From contig CAZWLE010000005.1 in NCBI GenBank assembly GCA_964634305.1, positions 1 to 63,126 of the forward strand: DNA of 63,126 nt, read 5' to 3'. The position numbers were made by a program, and so were the translations under genes. This document shows positions 57,785 through 63,126 of the stretch, piece by piece (position 1 is the first letter of the stretch; each line of letters starts with the position of its first letter). This stretch comes from an uncultured Candidatus Saccharibacteria bacterium (GTDB taxonomy: Bacteria; Patescibacteriota; Minisyncoccia; Phycocordibacterales; Phycocordibacteraceae). The notes under the pieces are model-generated. The model searched no databases and was not told the DNA's origin. It saw nothing but the letters and a program-made list of their open reading frames with translations.

Positions 57785-58617
57785 CGAATGAAGTCCGCGT
57801 AGTTCATCTCCTTCTTTCCTTCGGGTACCACTCGAACCGGCGTGAAGACACCGTTTTGATACGTTGCGGTGCGAATCTTTACGCGCATTGGCGTGCCATT
57901 TTTCTCTACAAAGAAATAGGTCCCCGGACTCTCTGCATACGCGCGATATTTGTTCCAATTCTCTGACGCATCTCCATCAAGCGTTAGCAGTCCGTCGTGC
58001 TTAGCAATCTTTTTTGCAAAGGTAGCTTTCGACGCATCTTGTGGCGTGCCCTGTAGTTCGCCGCGCTCAAAGGCAGGAAGGATATCGATAAGCAATTCTG
58101 CGCCTTCACGTATGAGTCGAGGGCGTAGTTCACGTGTCGTCTCGAGAGGGTCGATAGGTACGTCGCGCGTCGCGAGGACATCTCCCGCATCGAGTTCCTG
58201 CGCCATTTTCTGTATCGATACACCGGTGACTGTCTCTCCGTTAAGCAGTGCTGTTTCAACCGGTGAAGCGCCACGATATTGCGGCAACAGTGAGTAGTGG
58301 ATGTTGAGGACACCTCCCGGGAAGGCTGCGAGAAACGCATCAGGGAAAATCTTGCCGTATGCCACGACGATGGCATAGGTACAGTCATACGCTTTGAGCG
58401 TCGCGAGCGCTACGTCATCAAGCTTCTCAAATCGTTCGAGTGGCAACTGATGTTCGAGGGCAAGTTCACTCGTTTCGCTTGGCGCGAGTTCCATACCACG
58501 ACCTTTGCGTACGTCAGGAGAGGATACGACGACGCACGGCGTGAATCCGCGCTCAATCAACAGCGCGAGTGTATCGCGTGCGACATACGGCGTCCCAAAA
58601 TAAGCAAACTTAGCCAT
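57781..58617 (-). CDS. fmt: methionyl-tRNA formyltransferase
   Basis: Real start is the ATG at 58617 (MAKFAYFGTPYVA). NIHYSLLPQYRGASPV. The longer track ORF overlaps def. Confidence 0.9.
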   Translation of the reverse strand: MAKFAYFGTPYVARDTLALLIERGFTPCVVVSSPDVRKGRGMELAPSETSELALEHQLPLERFEKLDDVALATLKAYDCTYAIVVAYGKIFPDAFLAAFPGGVLNIHYSLLPQYRGASPVETALLNGETVTGVSIQKMAQELDAGDVLATRDVPIDPLETTRELRPRLIREGAELLIDILPAFERGELQGTPQDASKATFAKKIAKHDGLLTLDGDASENWNKYRAYAESPGTYFFVEKNGTPMRVKIRTATYQNGVFTPVRVVPEGKKEMNYADFIR

Positions 58618-59146
58618 TGTCGTGGTGACGGGGTGCGTCAAGGACCTCACGCTCGTAGAGATGTGTTGCGTGGTCAATGAACAGGATGCCGTCGAGGTGG
58701 TCGGTCTCGTGCTGAAACGCTTGAGCAAGAATACCGCCCGCACCACGCTCAAACTTCTTCCCGTGTTCATCTTTTGCACGCATAGTCGCGCGCTCATGGC
58801 GCAGTGCTTTGCCGTAGGTGCCGCGTACCGAAAGACATCCTTCGTCCATCTCGTCGCGCTTACGGGATGCATTCACAAATTCAGGATTTACATACACGCC
58901 AACCGACGGCTCAGGAAGAGGCTCACCTTCCGGTGGTAGAGGAAGCATGCGGTCATAGCGGACGATGAATATACGCTTACTTACGCCAATCTGTGGTGCA
59001 GCAAGAGCGACGCCGTCTGCCTCAGCGTCAAGCGACGCTTTCATATCTTCTATGAGGGAGAGGAAGTCAGGCGTACCAAACTCCTCCTCCGCTACGGGTG
59101 CGGCTACCGCCCGAAGTACCGGGTCGCCGTCCTGGACTATCTTCAT
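58610..59146 (-). CDS. def: peptide deformylase
   Basis: The three PDF motifs: GVALAAPQIG, EGCLSV, HETDHLDG. Overlaps fmt by 8 nt. Confidence 0.93.
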   Translation of the reverse strand: MKIVQDGDPVLRAVAAPVAEEEFGTPDFLSLIEDMKASLDAEADGVALAAPQIGVSKRIFIVRYDRMLPLPPEGEPLPEPSVGVYVNPEFVNASRKRDEMDEGCLSVRGTYGKALRHERATMRAKDEHGKKFERGAGGILAQAFQHETDHLDGILFIDHATHLYEREVLDAPRHHDNG

Positions 59147-59169
59147 GAGGGGACTATAGCAGAGGAAAC

Positions 59170-59198
59170 AAAAAACGCCGTCTCGCAGAGCGGGACGG
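59170..59198. terminator. hairpin with A6/T6 tract just upstream of def
   Basis: aaaaaa-cg-ccgtctcgc-aga-gcgggacgg. On the minus strand the stem (one mismatch) is followed by TTTTTT. On the plus strand the mismatch becomes a G-U pair. Confidence 0.45.
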
Positions 59199-59615
59199 AC
59201 ATTTTGGTTCTGCGCATGCAGAAAGGGGTATCCAGGACGGCCCTTGGGGGGTCGATAGCGGGGGTGGGACCGCCCTGGACCCTTTCATCACGGTGAGCTT
59301 ATGCCGCGATGAGTCATCACTATATACCTGAGGTACAAGGGGTCAACGGCGGGGGAGTGGATAAGGAAAACGCCCCCACAAGGAGGGCGCAGGTAGTCGA
59401 TGATGCGCAACGGTGTGGAGGAAATCAAACCTTCACCGTGCCATTCCACGAACGAAAGGCAGATGTGTGTGGAAGAGCGAATCGTCAACAATCATTATTG
59501 AACTGGGATGGGTGCGAGATGGGTTCTCCTGCGGGGGGACAAATTCCACCTCGCACCCTGCCGCGTGAGCGCACGCGACATGGCCAGTATCTACGACGCG
59601 CTTCCTCCGGTCAAC

Positions 59616-59906
59616 TCAGAACGGGTTCTCCGGCTCGTGTTTCTTTGGGTCTATCTCCCACCAGAACTTTTTCGAGAAATGCTTTGCTTTGTCACAAACG
59701 GACTTTAGGTAGTAGAGGTCTTTGGTTGGGATACCTTGGAGAATGAGTCCCATGCGCGACATCGTGATAAGCGGCAGACCGTCTTTAGCGCGACCAACAT
59801 TTAGATGGGTTACGAAATACCGCATCAACTCACCGCGCTCAGTCGCACGCACGCCTTTCTTCTTGTTTCGCTCCTCGCTTGGGATGAGGTCACGAATGTG
59901 CTTCAT
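59616..59906 (-). CDS. hypothetical basic protein (96 aa)
   Basis: ATGA overlap with the upstream PEGA gene. No recognisable motif. Confidence 0.5.
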   Translation of the reverse strand: MKHIRDLIPSEERNKKKGVRATERGELMRYFVTHLNVGRAKDGLPLITMSRMGLILQGIPTKDLYYLKSVCDKAKHFSKKFWWEIDPKKHEPENPF

Positions 59907-60718
59907 AGCGGAAGCTCAATGTAGAGCGTCTTGGTAGCGAAGGCAGAAATAGCTACCGACGTGTCTGACCAAGAGGTGAGGCCAGTCGCAGGTCCGCGAA
60001 AGAGCAGGGAGTACTGCTGTGGTTCGCGAGGGTCGAGTTCGAGCGCATAGACTGCGTCACCGGCCATCGCGACCAACGCATCGTCGCGACCAGGGAACGG
60101 GATAATCGCACGCACGGGTGCCTGGTCAGTGCGGACAATCGTGGTCGCGCAGGTGCCCGTAGGGTTTTCTGCTGACTGCGGTGCGCACTCAAGGTATGAC
60201 GGGAGAACACACTCAGGTGTGGTGGTACCTTCTGCGAGGATGCGATTCCCGAATGCATAGACACGTACACATCCGCCCGCAACCGTGAGCGGGGCAACTT
60301 TGGTGGGAAGCGTCATGGTCGAAAGAGCCGTACGCGCACGTTGTGCGTCGTCACCACCAAGTTCACGCGCGTTTATCTCGTTTCTAAACAGAAGCGGCGC
60401 TAGTGAGACCGTTTCGCCAGAGCGTACTTCAAAACGCTCACTCCATGGTTGGTGTCCCTGAGCATCGACGATGATTTCATGGACGCCCGGTGCAAGGGTT
60501 GCACTTGCGGCGCCTGCGGTAGCAACGATGCGGCTGGTGCCGTCGAGGTAGAGGGCTGTATCTGGTGGAAGGTCACGAAGCACGACCGTACCGACTTTTG
60601 AAAAGCCGTTACCGTCGAGACGATATCCCATGAGGTACGCCACCGAGCCAAGGGCGAATACGGCAACGATGACCCAGAGGACGGTGTGCGAGGTGGCGTG
60701 GCGGAAGAACGTCGTCAT
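59903..60718 (-). CDS. PEGA-domain membrane-anchored protein
   Basis: N-terminal TM helix, then LPPDTALYLDGTSRIV...LAPGVHEIIVDAQGHQPWSERFEVRSGETVSL, which is PEGA-like. Confidence 0.6.
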   Translation of the reverse strand: MTTFFRHATSHTVLWVIVAVFALGSVAYLMGYRLDGNGFSKVGTVVLRDLPPDTALYLDGTSRIVATAGAASATLAPGVHEIIVDAQGHQPWSERFEVRSGETVSLAPLLFRNEINARELGGDDAQRARTALSTMTLPTKVAPLTVAGGCVRVYAFGNRILAEGTTTPECVLPSYLECAPQSAENPTGTCATTIVRTDQAPVRAIIPFPGRDDALVAMAGDAVYALELDPREPQQYSLLFRGPATGLTSWSDTSVAISAFATKTLYIELPL

Positions 60719-60724
60719 TGTGGT

Positions 60725-62032
60725 CTAGCCCTCTGCGCTCTCGATGTCTGCACCTATCGAGCGCAGACGAGGAACGAGGTCCTCATAGCCGCGACGAATG
60801 GTGTAGACGTTTTTAAGAGTAGAGCGACCTTTGGCGGCGAGTGCGCCAATGAGAAGAATGGTGGCAGGACGAAGGGCAGGAGGGCAGGTAATCGTTGCGC
60901 CGCGAAGGTGGCGAGGACCGGTGATGTTGATGCGATGGGGATCAAGCAACTGAGTCTCTGCACCAAAACGGTCGAGCTCGGTGTAGTAAACGGCACGTTT
61001 TTCATACACCCAGTCGTGAATAAGAGTGGTGCCCTCTGCTTGCGTTGCAATTACGGCAAAGAAGGGAAGGTTATCAATGTTAAGGCCTGGATAGGGGCGC
61101 GCATGAATCTTTTCAGGGAAGGCAACGAGGGCTGACGGTTCAACGTAGAGGTCAACGAGCTTTGTAATACCGTTTTCAGAAATCTGCTCGTTCCCGGTAC
61201 GGAAGCGAAGACCCATGCGTTCAAGAACGAGAAGCTCTGGTTCAAGGAACTCTATTGGCGCACGCTCGATGCGAAGTGCGGAATGCGTTGCAGCCGCAGC
61301 GGCAATGAAGAACATCGCGTCCGTGGGGTCTTCAGCGACGGTATATTCAATGTCGACGTTAATATCAGCGACACCATCGATAGTGAGCGTCGTCGTACCA
61401 AGGCCACCAATCTTTACGCCAAGGGCCTGGAGGAACCCGCAGATTTCCTGCACCTGATAGTTTGCGGATGCGTATTTAAGGACTGACGTACCTGGAATGC
61501 GTGACGCTGCAAGCAGTGCGTTAATCGTCGCCGTGTCGCTTGATTCGTAGAAAATAACTTCAGCAGGACGGAGTCCCTTGTGCGAGACCGGGAAGCGGTC
61601 GGTCAATGCGCCAATGGTGATACCAAACTTCTCGAGTGCCCAAAGATGTGGACGCACCGAACGAAGACCCAAGGTACAGCCGCCCGACTGAGGAAGATAG
61701 AACGTATCAAACATATGCACCAAGGACCCGATGAACATAAGAATGGAACGGGTGCGCTCTGCCGCCGCGCGGTCGAGGTTATCGAGCGTCATGTCCTTTG
61801 GAGGGACGAGCGTGAGGTCGTGGTCATCCCACGTTGCCTGCACGCCAATAGAGGTAAGCACCTCAATGAGACGGTTTACCTCCTCAATCTTCGGCACCTT
61901 ACGCAACGTCGTCGTTCCTTTATTAAGGAGTGAGGCAGCAAGGAGGGCCACCGCGCCGTTTTTGGAGCGGTTGGTGACGATTGAGCCGGAGAGGGTCTTT
62001 CCGCCCTCTACGATAAAGCGTGCATCAGCCAT
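60725..62032 (-). CDS. murA: UDP-N-acetylglucosamine 1-carboxyvinyltransferase
   Basis: FIVEGGKTLSGSI, SKNGAVALLAASLL, and the catalytic Cys loop PQSGGCTLGLRSVRPH. I preferred the ATG at 62032 over the TTG at 62050. Confidence 0.93.
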   Translation of the reverse strand: MADARFIVEGGKTLSGSIVTNRSKNGAVALLAASLLNKGTTTLRKVPKIEEVNRLIEVLTSIGVQATWDDHDLTLVPPKDMTLDNLDRAAAERTRSILMFIGSLVHMFDTFYLPQSGGCTLGLRSVRPHLWALEKFGITIGALTDRFPVSHKGLRPAEVIFYESSDTATINALLAASRIPGTSVLKYASANYQVQEICGFLQALGVKIGGLGTTTLTIDGVADINVDIEYTVAEDPTDAMFFIAAAAATHSALRIERAPIEFLEPELLVLERMGLRFRTGNEQISENGITKLVDLYVEPSALVAFPEKIHARPYPGLNIDNLPFFAVIATQAEGTTLIHDWVYEKRAVYYTELDRFGAETQLLDPHRINITGPRHLRGATITCPPALRPATILLIGALAAKGRSTLKNVYTIRRGYEDLVPRLRSIGADIESAEG

Positions 62033-62092
62033 TGAGGGGCATTCTAGCAAAAAAGGTGCTATAACCCTACGATTGCATCGTTACTGGGAGCA

Positions 62093-62335
62093 ATGCACAT
62101 GACAGAGACTGAGGTCCAACCTCCGGCAACAAATACGCCAGAACAACGGGTCGGCAACGCCCTGTTGTTCGTCGCTACGGCCTTTGGGGCCGCCGCGTGC
62201 GTCTTTGGCTTTGAGGCTGGTAGCGCCGTAGGCAATGTGACGCAAATGGTCGTCACTGCGAGTGCCGGCGTCGGGCTTCTGCCGATGGCGAGCCTGTCAG
62301 GCTTGGTGGCTATGAATCACATCACCGCCTCGTAG
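62093..62335 (+). CDS. small membrane protein (80 aa)
   Basis: Two hydrophobic helices. A terminator follows. Confidence 0.35.
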   Translation: MHMTETEVQPPATNTPEQRVGNALLFVATAFGAAACVFGFEAGSAVGNVTQMVVTASAGVGLLPMASLSGLVAMNHITAS

Positions 62336-62359
62336 GGCGTACCTCCGCCGACACATACG

Positions 62360-62398
62360 TAGCCGCCGTCGCAGAATGCGATAGGCGGCTATGTTTTT
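62360..62398 (+). terminator. intrinsic terminator
   Basis: tagccgcc-g-tcgc-agaat-gcga-t-aggcggcta, followed by tgttttt. Confidence 0.65.
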
Positions 62399-62432
62399 GC
62401 GCTCCGCGCACCGCGCGGTATCATGGTGCAAA

Positions 62433-63126
62433 TGGCATTCTTTTCTCCGAGACTGGGTATCGACCTAGGGACGACGAACGTCCTCGTTTTTGTTCCAGGA
62501 AAGGGGGTAGTGCTGAATGAACCGTCCGTGGTTGCAGTCTCAACCGAGAATAACAAGGTGCTTGCTATTGGTGTTGAGGCGAAGAAGATGATTGGCCGTA
62601 CGCCGGACACGATTGTCGCGTATCGTCCTATGAAAGACGGTGTGATTGCGGACTATCGCGTCACTGAAGCGATGCTTCGCTATTTCCTTAAGAAGGCGCT
62701 CGGACAGATGAATATATGGAAGCCAACGGTTTTGGTGTCAGTACCTGCAGGCGTTACGTCTACTGAAAAGCGTGCCGTTATTGAAGCAGCAGTGAAAGCG
62801 GGTGCGTCCGACGCGTTTGTGGTGAAAGAACCAATTCTTGCGGCGATTGGTGCGGGTATTCCGATTCAGGAACCATCAGGTCGCATGGTGGCTGATATTG
62901 GGGGTGGCACGATTGATGTTGCCGTGATTTCCCTTGGCGGCATCGTCGCATCTACCTCAGTAAAAGTGGCAGGTAACGCACTCGACCGCGCAATCATCGA
63001 TTACGTTAAAAAGCAGCACAACCTTTCTATAGGTGATAAGACCGCAGAGGAAATAAAGATAACGATTGGTTCTGCGGTGCCCATGTCTGAGGAACTGTCT
63101 ATGGGGGTAAAAGGACGTGACCTTGT
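62433..63126 (+). CDS. mreB: rod shape-determining protein MreB (3' end cut by window edge)
   Basis: My own translation gives MVQMAFFSPRLGIDLGTTNVLVFVPGKGVVLNEPSVVAV...GRMVADIGGGTIDVAVISLGG. Open to the end of the window. An alternative ATG lies at 62442. Confidence 0.93.

Noticed and set aside
58618-58872. N-terminal 85-codon extension of the fmt ORF (track ORF 57781..58872).
   Set aside because: It overlaps def. The conserved Fmt N-terminus (MAKFAYFGTP) starts at 58617.
59147-59615. Tested whether the structured gap is tmRNA, RNase P RNA or SRP RNA.
   Set aside because: No GGGG...UUCGAC 5' end, no T-arm plus CCACCA-type 3' end and no Ala-rich tag frame, so not tmRNA. No GAGGAAAGUCCGGGC / ACAGAAnCCGGCUUA P4 pair; only loose GAAAGG...GGAAGAGCG and GAGCGCAC resemblances to RNase P. 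No CCGGAAGGAAGCAGCC...AGGCAG domain IV, so not SRP. It is kept as an unknown candidate ncRNA instead.

Overview
63.1-kb, gene-dense bacterial chromosomal segment. It looks moderately GC-rich with AT-rich intergenic spacers, but I did not compute composition. I can support about 70 protein genes, one tRNA (Asn-GTT) and about 20 GC-rich hairpin terminators. I found no rRNA, transposase, integrase, CRISPR array or recognisable defence system. Main blocks, in order: (1) rpoC 3' part, then the dnaG-rpoD pair. (2) PD-(D/E)XK nuclease, DsbA-like protein, an exonuclease, hisS, prmC, an RRM RNA-binding protein and purN. (3) A tightly coupled five-gene minus-strand operon: cupin-type mannose-6-P isomerase, GH130, a tandem-fused GH130, phosphohexomutase and an FAD-linked oxidase. 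An ABC-2 exporter lies divergent to it. (4) Class Ia ribonucleotide reductase, with nrdA and nrdB separated by about 3 kb of inserted genes. The insert holds two paralogous about 110-aa orphan genes, each with a near-identical hairpin, a 3+1+3-TM membrane protein, an IMPase-family phosphatase and another membrane protein. (5) A hybrid sensor kinase and a 3D-domain wall protein. (6) A long purine operon: PurS-PurS-PurL fusion, purQ, a HAD hydrolase, an AAA_28 ATPase, purK, purE, a divergent purM, purC and purB, with purH convergent. (7) Envelope and accessory genes: VanY-type peptidase, a Cys/His peptidase-like protein, GH18, a SET-domain methyltransferase, uppP, a DAG-kinase-like protein, an MBL hydrolase and a DUF817-like protein. 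(8) tRNA-Asn, hpf, DUF167, fmt-def, an unexplained 470-bp structured gap, then the murA-PEGA-orphan operon and the 5' part of mreB. The many tiny membrane ORFs, orphan proteins and translationally coupled genes resemble small-genome uncultivated bacteria (Patescibacteria/CPR-like). That is an inference, not a diagnosis. Best candidates for something undescribed: the nrdA/nrdB-embedded module, the structured non-coding gap at 59147-59615, the extra genes and fusion in the purine operon, the GH130 mannoside operon, and a DnaG whose zinc ribbon has lost three of four ligands. All functional calls come from motif recognition by eye. No database search was run.
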